The notes beneath the pieces were generated by a model. That model was not told the origin of the DNA. It saw nothing but the letters and a program-made list of their open reading frames with translations, and did not search any database. The position numbers and the translations under genes are program-made. A stretch of DNA of 64,000 nucleotides from Escherichia coli (lineage in GTDB: Bacteria; Pseudomonadota; Gammaproteobacteria; Enterobacterales; Enterobacteriaceae), in assembly GCF_017348835.2 (NCBI RefSeq), contig NZ_CP071375.1. One strand, given 5' to 3'. Below are positions 22,614 through 33,131 of this stretch, in pieces (within the stretch, counting starts at the first letter, position 1; the number at the start of each line of letters is the position of its first letter).

Positions 22614-23867
22614 ATGACATTCTCCCTTTTTGGTGACAAATTTACCCGCCACTCCGGCATTACGCTGCTGATGGAAGATCTGAACGACGGTTTACGCACG
22701 CCTGGCGCGATTATGCTCGGCGGCGGTAATCCGGCGCAGCTCCCGGAAATGCAGGACTACTTCCAGACGCTACTGACCGACATGCTGGAAAGTGGCAAAG
22801 CGACTGATGCACTGTGCAATTACGACGGTCCACAGGGGAAAACGGAGCTACTCACACTGCTTGCCGGAATGCTGCACGAGAAGTTGGGTTGGGATATCGA
22901 ACCACAGAATATTGCACTAACAAACGGCAGCCAGAGCGCGTTTTTCTACTTATTTAATCTATTTGCCGGACGCCGTGCCGATGGTCGGGTCAAAAAAGTG
23001 CTGTTCCCGCTGGCACCGGAATACATTGGCTACGCTGACGCCGGACTGGAAGAAGATCTGTTTGTCTCTGCGCGTCCGAATATTGAACTGCTGCCTGAAG
23101 GCCAGTTTAAATACCACGTCGATTTTGAGCATCTGCATATTGGCGAAGAAACCGGGATGATTTGCGTCTCCCGGCCGACGAATCCAACAGGCAATGTGAT
23201 TACTGACGAAGAGTTGCTGAAGCTTGACGCGCTGGCGAATCAACACGGCATTCCGCTGGTGATTGATAACGCTTATGGCGTCCCGTTCCCGGGTATCATC
23301 TTCAGTGAAGCGCGCCCGCTATGGAATCCGAATATCGTGCTGTGCATGAGTCTTTCCAAGCTGGGTCTACCTGGCTCCCGCTGCGGCATTATCATCGCCA
23401 ATGAAAAAATCATCACCGCCATCACCAATATGAACGGCATTATCAGCCTGGCACCTGGCGGTATTGGTCCGGCGATGATGTGTGAAATGATTAAGCGTAA
23501 CGATCTGCTGCGCCTGTCTGAAACAGTCATCAAACCGTTTTACTACCAGCGTGTTCAGGAAACTATCGCCATCATTCGCCGCTATTTACCGGAAAATCGC
23601 TGCCTGATTCATAAACCGGAAGGAGCCATTTTCCTCTGGCTATGGTTTAAGGATTTGCCCATTACGACCGAGCAGCTCTATCAGCGCCTGAAAGCACGCG
23701 GCGTGCTGATGGTGCCGGGGCACAACTTCTTCCCAGGGCTGGATAAACCGTGGCCGCATACGCATCAATGTATGCGCATGAACTACGTACCAGAGCCGGA
23801 GAAAATTGAGGCGGGGGTGAAGATTCTGGCGGAAGAGATAGAAAGAGCCTGGGCTGAAAGTCACTAA
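22614..23867 (+). CDS. avtA: Valine--pyruvate aminotransferase
   Basis: ORF trimmed to MTFSLFGDKFTRHSGITLLMEDL… (417 aa). Confidence 0.95.
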   Translation: MTFSLFGDKFTRHSGITLLMEDLNDGLRTPGAIMLGGGNPAQLPEMQDYFQTLLTDMLESGKATDALCNYDGPQGKTELLTLLAGMLHEKLGWDIEPQNIALTNGSQSAFFYLFNLFAGRRADGRVKKVLFPLAPEYIGYADAGLEEDLFVSARPNIELLPEGQFKYHVDFEHLHIGEETGMICVSRPTNPTGNVITDEELLKLDALANQHGIPLVIDNAYGVPFPGIIFSEARPLWNPNIVLCMSLSKLGLPGSRCGIIIANEKIITAITNMNGIISLAPGGIGPAMMCEMIKRNDLLRLSETVIKPFYYQRVQETIAIIRRYLPENRCLIHKPEGAIFLWLWFKDLPITTEQLYQRLKARGVLMVPGHNFFPGLDKPWPHTHQCMRMNYVPEPEKIEAGVKILAEEIERAWAESH

Positions 23868-23874
23868 AAATTGC

Positions 23875-23990
23875 CTGATGCGCTACGCTTATCAGGCCTA
23901 CATGATTTCTGCAATATATTGAATTTGTAAGAATTTGTAGGCCGGATAAGGCGTTTACGCCGCATCTGGCATAAACAAAGCGCACTATTC
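23875..23990. repeat. REP/BIME cluster
   Basis: GCCTGATGCGCTACGCTTATCAGGCCTACA… and GTAGGCCGGATAAGGCGTTTACGCCGCATC… REP consensus units. Confidence 0.8.
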
Positions 23991-24017
23991 CGGCGTTGAG
24001 AAACGCCGGAAAACGTT

Positions 24018-24491
24018 TCAAACAGGCTGCTGCCGTAGCCGATGCCGCTGCACTTTCTCGACATCCATGCACTGCAACGCCTTTGTCGGGCAGGCTTCAA
24101 CACAGGCCGGTCCCGTCGCCCGATGCCAGCACAGATCGCACTTAATCGCCCTCGCCTTTTTGCGCGAAGAAACGACCTCCATCGCACCAAACGGGCAAGC
24201 CAGCATACAGCTTTTACAGCCAATGCAACGTGATTGTTCAACGAAAATATGCCCATGTTCGCGGCTTATCGCGTCAACAGGGCAGACATTCGCGCACGGT
24301 GCATCTTCACACTGATGACAGGCTACTGCCGTGGTCCAGCTGTGGTCTTTAATAACACGAATACGGGAAATAAACTCGTCTGGTGACAACGCAGCGCAAT
24401 CCTGATTTTCCTGATGCGACACTGCGCAAGCCACTTCACAGGTACGGCAACCGATACATTTCGTCGCATCCGCAATAATAAACCGGTTCAT
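24018..24491 (-). CDS. ysaA: 4Fe-4S ferredoxin-type protein YsaA
   Basis: Multiple CxxCxxC…CP cysteine clusters; ~157 aa; start could be the Met two codons upstream (24497). Confidence 0.9.
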   Translation of the reverse strand: MNRFIIADATKCIGCRTCEVACAVSHQENQDCAALSPDEFISRIRVIKDHSWTTAVACHQCEDAPCANVCPVDAISREHGHIFVEQSRCIGCKSCMLACPFGAMEVVSSRKKARAIKCDLCWHRATGPACVEACPTKALQCMDVEKVQRHRLRQQPV

Positions 24492-24734
24492 GATCACCCC
24501 TTTGCACTAAAACAGCAGAGTGCCAGAGAGCGCGTCCCTACTGCTTTGATCCAACGAAGGAAATGTTAAAGTTTTGGCACTTGTCCAAAGCGTTATGTGA
24601 TCGCGCCCAGGTCATCCCTGACAGTAAATCCCAGTTCATTAGAAATAGCCTGCGCGGTTTCACGCAGAGGTTTCAGGAGATTTTTCTCTCCCACCTGTTT
24701 CAGACGTGATGTCGAAAGCGAAATCGACACGGCA

Positions 24735-25550
24735 CTACGAATTGATATGTTCCTTGCTGTAACGCCGCTTCCACGCTGCTGGCGTTAAACCGGTGTGTTT
24801 GCGAAAAATCTGCCGGAAATAGCCAACGTCATTAAACCCGCACAACGCCGCCACTTCCGTGAGCGATCGCGCTTCGCTAATTAACAGCTTTTCGGCTTCG
24901 CGCACCCGCTGGCGATGGATTGCTTCTGTTAACGTCAGATGAAACACCCGCCGGTAGACGCGCCCAAGATAATCGGCATTGCAGTACAGCTCGCGGGCCA
25001 GAAGCGCCGTAGAAAGCGGGCGATGATATTGCGTGCGGATCAGTTTCTGCGCTTTCCAGGCAAGGGTGGTGCCTGCGCCATCGGCCTGTTCATCAAGACG
25101 CGCGTCACGGGTGAGCTGCTGCAAAATGAGCAGCACAATAAACTCCAGCGCCGGAGTGCGTTGATGCTTTTCCTGTTCGCTTAAGAACTGGCGAAACAGG
25201 GCCACCAGCGCCTGCGGATCGACAACCTTCGTTTGTTGCGGCACGCTAAGATGAGTAAGCCAGCGAGGGTCGTTGTCCGGCGCTTTAACCTCAAAATGCA
25301 GCCAGTAAAATTTGAGATCGGCGGGAAAATCCTCCACCCCAACATGTTGTCGGTTCGGCCAGAGTAATAAACTCTCTCCCGCATCGACCAGAAATATCCG
25401 TTCTTCTTCCTGAATCGTTAATCGACCTTTTTCGACAAAGATAATTTCCCATGACTCCAGCCGCCTTGCAGGATGCCTCCCTACGCCACGGGAAATAAAT
25501 AATCCACCATTTTGCACTTTAATCGGTAACGTCATGGATAATTCGAGCAT
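24735..25550 (-). CDS. AraC-family transcriptional regulator (cupin N-domain + HTH)
   Basis: 271-aa ORF with C-terminal AraC HTH (…EVAALCGFNDVGYFRQIFRKHTGLTPAAWKRR); divergent from the transporter gene. Confidence 0.8.
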   Translation of the reverse strand: MLELSMTLPIKVQNGGLFISRGVGRHPARRLESWEIIFVEKGRLTIQEEERIFLVDAGESLLLWPNRQHVGVEDFPADLKFYWLHFEVKAPDNDPRWLTHLSVPQQTKVVDPQALVALFRQFLSEQEKHQRTPALEFIVLLILQQLTRDARLDEQADGAGTTLAWKAQKLIRTQYHRPLSTALLARELYCNADYLGRVYRRVFHLTLTEAIHRQRVREAEKLLISEARSLTEVAALCGFNDVGYFRQIFRKHTGLTPAAWKRRYSKEHINS

Positions 25551-25775
25551 TGATATGTAATTTCCCGCTTACTCATTAATGATTAAACACATTACCTTTT
25601 GATTATTAATCAAAAACATTAATTTCACCTGATCCATTTCACACTTTTAAATTCAGGTCGGAATCGTCACCTTTTTTTACTCTTTTCTCGCCTTGTTGAT
25701 ATTCCCGTTCACGGCAGAATTAATCAGGTCATTTCAATAAAACTAAAAATTGCTCCCTATTCACGAGGAATATCT

Positions 25776-27176
25776 ATGACCTCTACACCGATTACTACCG
25801 CTGATATCGCTAAAGGTAAAATTGACGATGCGTTATCTGTACGGGAAAAAATAGGCTACGGCCTGGGTGACGCAGGCGGCACCGTAATAACTTGCCTGAT
25901 CATGAATTTTCTCACCTTTTTCTACACCGACGTTTTTGGATTAACTCCGGCGCTGGTTGGCACGCTGTTTATTGCACTGCGCGTGTTTGATGCCATCTCC
26001 GACCCGGTGATGGGCGTCATTGCCGACCGGACGCAAAGTCGCTGGGGGCGCTTTCGTCCGTGGCAGCTATGGATTGCCATTCCCATCGGCATTATCGGCA
26101 TCCTGACGTTCACCGTGCCAGATGCCAGCATGGGAGTAAAAATCGCCTGGGCGTTCGGTACTTACCTGCTCCTTTCAGTCGGTTATACCGCCATCAACGT
26201 ACCGTACTGTGCGCTGATCAACACCATGACCACCCGCCACAATGAAGTGATCTCCTGCCAGTCCTGGCGATTCGTTCTCTGTGGCGTAGCGGGATTTCTG
26301 GTTTCGGTAGGCTTACCGTGGATGGTAGATCTCTTCGGTCAGGGTAATGCCGCGCGCGGCTATCAATTGGGCGTCGGCGTGCTGTGCGCCATTGCCGTGG
26401 TGATGTTCCTGTGCTGTTTTTTCTGGGTTCGTGAACGGGTGCCACTCTCCACAATGGGGAAATTTACCCTGCGCGAACATCTTGCCGGGCTGCGGAACAA
26501 CGACCAACTGCTGCTGATGCTGGTCATGTCTTTCCTGCTGATTAACGTCTTTAACATTCGCGGCGGTGGGTATATGTACTTCATTACCTACGTCTTACAA
26601 GGCAGTACGGGCTACACGTCGCTGTTCTTCACCATGGTCACCTTCGCCTCCATTATCGGCTCGGTGATTGTCAGCCCGTTAACGCGGCGTTTCGATACCG
26701 TCAAAATTTACTACTACACCAACCTGCTCCTCGCTGCGCTGGCGGTGTTGATGTGGTTCCTGCCCTCCGGCCCGGCTTATCAAACGCTGTGGCTGGCGGT
26801 GATCCTCGGTAATGGCGTAATTCTTGGCTTCACATTGCCACTGCACTTCTCATTGATGGCCTTTGCCGATGACTACGGCGAGTGGAAAACCCGCGTACGT
26901 TCTTCCGGCATGAACTTCGCCTTCAATCTGTTTTTCATCAAGCTGGCCTGGGCCTCCAGCGCCGGGATCATCAGCCTGCTGTTTATTTTTGTCGCCTACC
27001 AGCCTGGCGTGGAAAACCAGACCGCCAGTTCGCTTGGCGGGATCGCGGCGATGGAAACATTACTGCCTGCGCTATTCCACCTGCTGCTGGCAGGGGCGAT
27101 CCGCTTTTGCAAACTCAATAATCCTATGATGTCACGCATAGCTACCGACCTGCGTCAGCGTCATGTACAGCCTTAA
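25776..27176 (+). CDS. GPH-family glycoside-pentoside-hexuronide:cation symporter (MelB/YicJ/XylP-like)
   Basis: 466-aa 12-TM-like ORF with GPH signature region (…[25 protein letters not shown]…). Confidence 0.8.
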   Translation: MTSTPITTADIAKGKIDDALSVREKIGYGLGDAGGTVITCLIMNFLTFFYTDVFGLTPALVGTLFIALRVFDAISDPVMGVIADRTQSRWGRFRPWQLWIAIPIGIIGILTFTVPDASMGVKIAWAFGTYLLLSVGYTAINVPYCALINTMTTRHNEVISCQSWRFVLCGVAGFLVSVGLPWMVDLFGQGNAARGYQLGVGVLCAIAVVMFLCCFFWVRERVPLSTMGKFTLREHLAGLRNNDQLLLMLVMSFLLINVFNIRGGGYMYFITYVLQGSTGYTSLFFTMVTFASIIGSVIVSPLTRRFDTVKIYYYTNLLLAALAVLMWFLPSGPAYQTLWLAVILGNGVILGFTLPLHFSLMAFADDYGEWKTRVRSSGMNFAFNLFFIKLAWASSAGIISLLFIFVAYQPGVENQTASSLGGIAAMETLLPALFHLLLAGAIRFCKLNNPMMSRIATDLRQRHVQP

Positions 27177-27186
27177 GGAGCACAAG

Positions 27187-29157
27187 ATGAACATTTCGGA
27201 AGTCGATCTGCATAAACTGACGGTCAGCGATCCGTTCCTCGGTCAGTACCAACAACTGGTCCGCGACGTGGTGATTCCTTATCAGTGGGATGCCTTGAAC
27301 GATCGTATACCAGAAGCGGAACCCAGCCATGCGATTGAAAACTTTCGCATTGCCGCCGGACTTCAGGAGGGTGAATTTTACGGGATGGTGTTTCAGGACA
27401 GCGACGTCGCCAAATGGCTGGAAGCGGTAGCCTGGTCGCTGTGCCAGAAGCCAGACGCCGAACTGGAAAAAACCGCCGACGAGGTGATTGAACTGGTCGC
27501 CTCCGCCCAGTGCGAAGACGGCTATCTCAATACTTACTTTACGGTAAAAGCGCCCGAAGAACGCTGGAGCAATCTGGCGGAGTGTCATGAACTTTACTGC
27601 GCAGGTCATCTGATTGAAGCCGGAGTCGCCTTCTTCCAGGCCACGGGAAAACGGCGCTTGCTGGGGGTCGTTTGCCGCCTGGCCGATCATATCGACAGCG
27701 TATTTGGTCCAGATGAAAGTAAGTTACACGGTTATCCTGGTCACCCGGAAATTGAACTGGCACTAATGCGCCTGTATGAAGTGACTGAAGAGCCGCGCTA
27801 CCTGGCGCTGACGAACTATTTTGTCGAACAGCGTGGTGCGCAACCGCACTATTACGACCAGGAATATGAAAAGCGCGGGCAGACATCGCACTGGCACACC
27901 TACGGCCCGGCGTGGATGGTGAAAGACAAAGCCTACAGCCAGGCACATTTGCCCCTTGCGCAACAGCAAACCGCCATCGGTCACGCGGTACGTTTTGTCT
28001 ATCTGATGACCGGCGTCGCGCATCTCGCGCGTTTAAGTCACGATGACAGCAAGCGTCAGGACTGCCTGCGGCTGTGGAACAATATGGCCCAGCGTCAGTT
28101 ATATATTACCGGCGGCATTGGCTCGCAAAGCAGCGGCGAAGCGTTCACTAGCGATTACGATCTGCCGAATGACACGGTATACGCTGAAAGTTGCGCCTCC
28201 ATCGGCCTGATGATGTTTGCCCGACGAATGCTGGAAATGGAAGGCGACAGTCAATATGCCGATGTGATGGAGCGCGCACTGTACAACACCGTGCTCGGCG
28301 GCATGGCGCTGGATGGCAAACATTTCTTCTATGTGAATCCGCTGGAAGTACATCCAAAATCGCTGAAATTCAACCATATCTACGATCACGTTAAACCGAT
28401 CCGCCAGCGTTGGTTTGGCTGCGCTTGTTGTCCGCCAAATATCGCCCGCGTGCTGACCTCGATTGGTCATTATCTCTACACGCCGCGTGAAGATGCGTTG
28501 TATATCAACATATACGCAGGAAACAGCATGGAAGTGCCGGTAGAAAATGGCACGCTGCGCCTGCGGGTTAGCGGGAACTATCCGTGGCAGGAGCAGGTGA
28601 CGATTGCGGTTGAATCGCCCCAGCCGGTACGTCATACGCTGGCTTTACGTCTGCCGGACTGGTGCACACAGCCGCAGATCATATTGAATGGGGAAGAGGT
28701 CGAGCAGGATATTCGTAAAGGGTATTTGCACATTACCCGCGAATGGCAGGAGGGCGATACGCTGAATCTGACTTTGCCGATGCCGGTACGCCGCGTTTAC
28801 GGTAACCCGCTGGTGCGTCACGTCGCCGGAAAAGTGGCGATTCAGCGCGGCCCGCTGGTGTATTGCCTGGAACAGGCCGACAACGGCGAGTCACTGCATA
28901 ATCTGTGGCTGCCCACCGATGCGCCATTTACGACATTTGAAGGCAAGGGATTGTTTAGCCATAAGATCTTAATCCAGGCACCGGGTTACCGGTATGAACA
29001 GAGCAATCCAGAGCAGCAACCGCTGTGGCATTACGACAGCGCGCCAGCCAAACGCCAGACGCAAACTCTGACCTTTATCCCGTGGTTTAGCTGGGCCAAC
29101 CGGGGTGAAGGCGAAATGCGGATCTGGGTGAATGAGGAAAAGCATTGCCATCCGTAG
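27187..29157 (+). CDS. Glycoside hydrolase family 127 (DUF1680; beta-L-arabinofuranosidase-like)
   Basis: ORF trimmed to MNISEVDLHKL… (GGAG RBS 8 nt upstream); conserved GCACCPPN cysteine motif typical of GH127. Confidence 0.7.
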   Translation: MNISEVDLHKLTVSDPFLGQYQQLVRDVVIPYQWDALNDRIPEAEPSHAIENFRIAAGLQEGEFYGMVFQDSDVAKWLEAVAWSLCQKPDAELEKTADEVIELVASAQCEDGYLNTYFTVKAPEERWSNLAECHELYCAGHLIEAGVAFFQATGKRRLLGVVCRLADHIDSVFGPDESKLHGYPGHPEIELALMRLYEVTEEPRYLALTNYFVEQRGAQPHYYDQEYEKRGQTSHWHTYGPAWMVKDKAYSQAHLPLAQQQTAIGHAVRFVYLMTGVAHLARLSHDDSKRQDCLRLWNNMAQRQLYITGGIGSQSSGEAFTSDYDLPNDTVYAESCASIGLMMFARRMLEMEGDSQYADVMERALYNTVLGGMALDGKHFFYVNPLEVHPKSLKFNHIYDHVKPIRQRWFGCACCPPNIARVLTSIGHYLYTPREDALYINIYAGNSMEVPVENGTLRLRVSGNYPWQEQVTIAVESPQPVRHTLALRLPDWCTQPQIILNGEEVEQDIRKGYLHITREWQEGDTLNLTLPMPVRRVYGNPLVRHVAGKVAIQRGPLVYCLEQADNGESLHNLWLPTDAPFTTFEGKGLFSHKILIQAPGYRYEQSNPEQQPLWHYDSAPAKRQTQTLTFIPWFSWANRGEGEMRIWVNEEKHCHP

Positions 29158-29159
29158 GT

Positions 29160-29285
29160 TGGATAAGGCACTCGCGCCGCATCCAACGTAAGGAGCACAT
29201 TGCCTGATGCGACGCTTAACACGTCTTATCAGGCATACAAGTCGGTGCGAGAGCGTAGGCCAGCCGCACCGACATCCACCGGTGA
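29160..29285. repeat. REP/BIME-like palindromic units
   Basis: GGATAAGGCACTCGCGCCGCATCC… and TGCCTGATGCGACGCTTAACACGTCTTATCAGGCA palindromes. Confidence 0.7.
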
Positions 29286-29286
29286 A

Positions 29287-30027
29287 TTAAAAACGCCAGC
29301 TCACGCCGGTGACAAAGGTAAAACTCTCATTACGATCAATCATCGGGCTGTCGGTAATCTCTTCCGGCAGCTCGCTGTATCCTGCGCTCGCCATCAATAC
29401 GACGTGCTCTCCTATCGGGTATTTTGCCGTCAGGCTGACATAGGGCACCCAGGCATCCTGCGCGGAATAACTTGCCAGACCGCTACGACGGGACTCACTC
29501 TCTGAAATGCCATAGTAATAGTCACTGAAATTCTCGTCATAATAGAGAACGCCCAGCGCAGGTGTCAGCGACAGACGACCTATCTGCATTTTGTGGAATA
29601 CCGATAGCTCCCCCACCCAGCCGTTGCTGTTATCCAGAACGTCCGCAGCTGCAGAGGCTTTCACGGTTCCCCAACGCTCGTGGTGATACCAGGCAACCCC
29701 CGCCATAGCCGTACTATCACGCTTATCAAGCTGTTGCATGGCATAATCGTCATTATCGGCAGGGTCAAATTCCAGCGGCATCCAGGATGCGGTCAGGCTA
29801 AGTTCATTTTTTTCACTTTGCGACAGAATAAAACCTAACGTGGTCTGACGAACATAAAAAGAATCACCTTCATAACTAATCAGGGGAATTGCCTTTGTAT
29901 TTTCATTATAACCGCGATAAGGTGATTCATTATAAGCCGCACCGGCACCAATGGATAATTCAGAAGCAGTTGCGCTTGCCATAAAAGGCAACGCAAATAA
30001 CGCCACAATATTGCGGTTAATTAACAT
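29287..30027 (-). CDS. yiaT: MipA/OmpV-family outer membrane protein
   Basis: 246-aa ORF with signal peptide and terminal aromatic residue (…GVSWRF); synteny with yiaUVW. Confidence 0.85.
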   Translation of the reverse strand: MLINRNIVALFALPFMASATASELSIGAGAAYNESPYRGYNENTKAIPLISYEGDSFYVRQTTLGFILSQSEKNELSLTASWMPLEFDPADNDDYAMQQLDKRDSTAMAGVAWYHHERWGTVKASAAADVLDNSNGWVGELSVFHKMQIGRLSLTPALGVLYYDENFSDYYYGISESESRRSGLASYSAQDAWVPYVSLTAKYPIGEHVVLMASAGYSELPEEITDSPMIDRNESFTFVTGVSWRF

Positions 30028-30150
30028 GTCCGGTATTCCATTTTAAAATAAGATAAAAAAGAGTCGGCATAGTAATGCTTACAATTTCTCCGGTGCAAGA
30101 TTCATATTTATATAGTAATATATAAAATTATATATAATTGGGCTGTTGCG

Positions 30151-31125
30151 ATGACAAAATTACAACTTAAGTACCGGGAGTTAAAAATTATCTCGGTAAT
30201 CGCTGCCAGTGAAAATATCAGCCATGCCGCGACTGTACTTGGCATCGCACAGGCCAACGTCAGCAAATACCTTGCTGATTTTGAATCAAAAGTGGGTTTA
30301 AAAGTCTTTGACCGAACCACCCGGCAGCTGATGCTCACACCTTTTGGTACCGCGCTGTTACCGTACATCAACGACATGCTGGACAGAAACGAGCAGCTTA
30401 ATAATTTTATTGCAGATTATAAGCATGAGAAACGTGGTCGGGTCACCATCTACGCCCCAACCGGCATAATTACCTATTTATCCAAACATGTAATCGATAA
30501 AATTAAAGATATCGGTGATATCACCTTATCGCTAAAAACCTGCAATCTTGAGCGTAATGCCTTTTATGAAGGCGTCGAATTTCCTGATGATTGTGATGTT
30601 TTAATCAGCTATGCCCCACCAAAAGATGAATCGCTGGTTGCCAGTTTTATTACCCAATATGCCGTAACCGCTTATGCCAGCCAGCGCTATCTTGAGAAAC
30701 ATCCCATTAGCCGTCCTGACGAACTCGAACATCACTCCTGTATTTTGATCGACTCGATGATGATCGACGACGCGAATATCTGGCGCTTCAACGTCGCCGG
30801 GAGTAAAGAGGTGCGGGATTATCGCGTGAAGGGAAATTACGTTTGCGACAACACGCAATCGGCGCTGGAGCTGGCACGAAATCACCTGGGGATTGTGTTT
30901 GCGCCAGACAAAAGTGTGCAGAGCGATCTGCAAGACGGCACGCTGGTGCCCTGCTTTCAGCACCCGTATGAATGGTGGCTGGATCTGGTGGCTATCTTCC
31001 GTAAACGGGAATACCAGCCCTGGCGGGTCCAGTATGTGCTGGATGAAATGCTGCGTGAAATTCGCCACCAGCTTGCTCAGTCGCAGCAACTGCGGCCTGA
31101 ACAAGCGGCGGAAAGCGAAGATTAA
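30151..31125 (+). CDS. yiaU: LysR-family transcriptional regulator
   Basis: 324-aa ORF with N-terminal LysR HTH; divergent from yiaT. Confidence 0.85.
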   Translation: MTKLQLKYRELKIISVIAASENISHAATVLGIAQANVSKYLADFESKVGLKVFDRTTRQLMLTPFGTALLPYINDMLDRNEQLNNFIADYKHEKRGRVTIYAPTGIITYLSKHVIDKIKDIGDITLSLKTCNLERNAFYEGVEFPDDCDVLISYAPPKDESLVASFITQYAVTAYASQRYLEKHPISRPDELEHHSCILIDSMMIDDANIWRFNVAGSKEVRDYRVKGNYVCDNTQSALELARNHLGIVFAPDKSVQSDLQDGTLVPCFQHPYEWWLDLVAIFRKREYQPWRVQYVLDEMLREIRHQLAQSQQLRPEQAAESED

Positions 31126-32258
31126 TGATCGAGATAAAGGTAATGCACCCAACTGGTCATGCGTAACAGCACTTTGCGCATCACCGAGACATGGCTGAAA
31201 TGATCAGAGTAAACCGCCACCTGGGCGTAAATACCGTCTGGTAAAGCGCTCAAATCAGTGTGCTCATCCAGTTCAATGGTCGCGATAATGCCATCTGAAC
31301 CCGGCGCTGTGTTTAACGTCTGTAAGGTGCCGGTCGACTGATAAGCTCCGCCGGGAACGGCTGGACTAATGGCTGCCAGCTTACCGCTGAATACCTTACC
31401 TGGCAGAGCATTAAACACCACTTCCGCATCGTCGCCAGGAGCCAGTCGCAGCAAGGAGTTCTGACGGAACTGCGCCACGATTTGTCGTTTCTGATCGGGT
31501 ATAAACACCATCACCGGACGTAGCGGCAGCGACGCGGCATAGGTACCCGGACGAATCAGTACCTGGGTCACATAACCATCGCTCGGCGCACGCACTATCG
31601 TCTGCTCAAGGTTATATTTTGCTTCCGCGAGCTGTGCTTTCAGGCTGGCGATTTGAGAATGTTCACCCAACACCAGGCTATCCAGCTGGCTCTGGATCTG
31701 TTTTTGTTCCGCTGCCGATGACTTTACGGAGGCTTCCTGCGCCAGATAATTTTGCCGCGCCACATCGATATCGCGTTCTGAAAACGGGTTTACTTTCGCC
31801 TGGCTGCCGCGTGCGTAACGCTGATACTCTTTAGCGAATTTATCCCGCGTGGCCTTTGCCTGCTGAGTATTCGCCACCATCTCATCTAACTCTGCGCCCA
31901 ACGCCCGCTGTTTATGTTCTGCGGTAACGATATCCGCCATCAGCCGATCCACCCGCGCCTGATAACGCGTCGGGTCCAGTCGAAATAGCACTTCACCTTT
32001 TTTAATCAGCGTATTTTTCTTATCCGTCACTTCAATCACCACACCAGTCACCTGTGGGACAACAGGAATAGAAATAACCGCTTTTTGCGCTTTAAAGGTA
32101 TACGGATGGTTATAGTTCATTAACAGAATTAGACCGCTGACAATAAATATTCCACCCAGGGCCGCTGTGGGAATGGTCCATTTATTTACGGGAATTTTGA
32201 AGATCTTAAACATTGCCCATGCAAAAGCCACATAGGTCAAAATAATCAGTAAATCCAT
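31122..32258 (-). CDS. yiaV: HlyD-family membrane fusion / secretion protein
   Basis: 378-aa ORF with N-terminal TM helix, coiled coil and C-terminal beta domain; paralog of yibH in this window. Confidence 0.85.
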   Translation of the reverse strand: MDLLIILTYVAFAWAMFKIFKIPVNKWTIPTAALGGIFIVSGLILLMNYNHPYTFKAQKAVISIPVVPQVTGVVIEVTDKKNTLIKKGEVLFRLDPTRYQARVDRLMADIVTAEHKQRALGAELDEMVANTQQAKATRDKFAKEYQRYARGSQAKVNPFSERDIDVARQNYLAQEASVKSSAAEQKQIQSQLDSLVLGEHSQIASLKAQLAEAKYNLEQTIVRAPSDGYVTQVLIRPGTYAASLPLRPVMVFIPDQKRQIVAQFRQNSLLRLAPGDDAEVVFNALPGKVFSGKLAAISPAVPGGAYQSTGTLQTLNTAPGSDGIIATIELDEHTDLSALPDGIYAQVAVYSDHFSHVSVMRKVLLRMTSWVHYLYLDH

Positions 32259-32263
32259 AAGTA

Positions 32264-32587
32264 TTACTCGGCAGAAGAGGATTTGATGTCGGCGAGCTGT
32301 TTCTCCAGCCCGGCAATGCGCTGTTGCAGTTGCATAACGGAGGAATCATGGCTTTGCATTCCCCATCCCCGCTCCGGGCGGTAAAGCGTGGCCCAAATCC
32401 ACAAAAACGGCCAGATAACATGTAACGTAAAAAGACTCACCCAACCAGCAACATGAATGGCGTCGGCATGAGGATGATTACGTTTTTTAGCAATCAGGTA
32501 GGGAATATCATGTAAAATAATAATCCCATAAAATATCACCAGAAATACAAAAATAAGCACTCCCAGTGCAAAATAGTCCAGGAACAT
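32264..32587 (-). CDS. yiaW: DUF3302 inner membrane protein
   Basis: ORF trimmed to [21 protein letters not shown]… (107 aa); paralog of yibI. Confidence 0.8.
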   Translation of the reverse strand: MFLDYFALGVLIFVFLVIFYGIIILHDIPYLIAKKRNHPHADAIHVAGWVSLFTLHVIWPFLWIWATLYRPERGWGMQSHDSSVMQLQQRIAGLEKQLADIKSSSAE

Positions 32588-32989
32588 ATTTCCCTCAGAG
32601 AATATAAAAAAGAACAATTAACGCATATTATGAAATGCCATGATGCAGTGCAATTCCCTTATTTATATAACGACATATTGTTTTTTATATACTTCCTGAA
32701 GTGTGCTGACTGGCTTTTTAACAGGTCGAGGCTTATCATATTGAAATAATGGAACTATTGGCCAAATTTATGATTAAAAACCGTAAAACATCCACAATGC
32801 AGATTAAGCGTATTAAACCTTCAATAATCTACCGTTTATTGCTGATTGTCCTCGGAATACCAATGGTGATTTACGGTCTGGTTTGCCCGCTCACCATCGA
32901 AACGCGAGATTAAACTCCTGGCAAAACACGCCCCAGAAACGCACTTTTGTTGGCGTAGTCTGGGTTATTGCACACGTAGGTTTAAAACG

Positions 32990-33110
32990 TAAATTGTAAC
33001 AACGTGCGCTTTGTTTATGCCGGATGCGGCGTGTACGCCTTATCCGACCTACGGTCAGGTTCCCGTAGGCATGATAAGACGAGTAAGCGTCGCATCAGGC
33101 AATGAATACC
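32990..33110. repeat. REP/BIME cluster
   Basis: GCCGGATGCGGCGTGTACGCCTTATCCGACCTAC… and AGCGTCGCATCAGGCAAT units. Confidence 0.75.
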
Positions 33111-33131
33111 CAATGCGACCAGCTTCTTATA

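Noticed and set aside
23875-23990. Possible CRISPR array from the repeated palindromic units here and at 50826..51040, 59800..59900 and 63824..63990
   Set aside because: Units are REP/BIME-type palindromes of irregular spacing and orientation, without uniform repeat-spacer periodicity or nearby cas genes.
27142-27690. 182-aa minus-strand ORF overlapping the GH127 gene start
   Set aside because: Antisense to the transporter/GH127 junction; no RBS or domain support.
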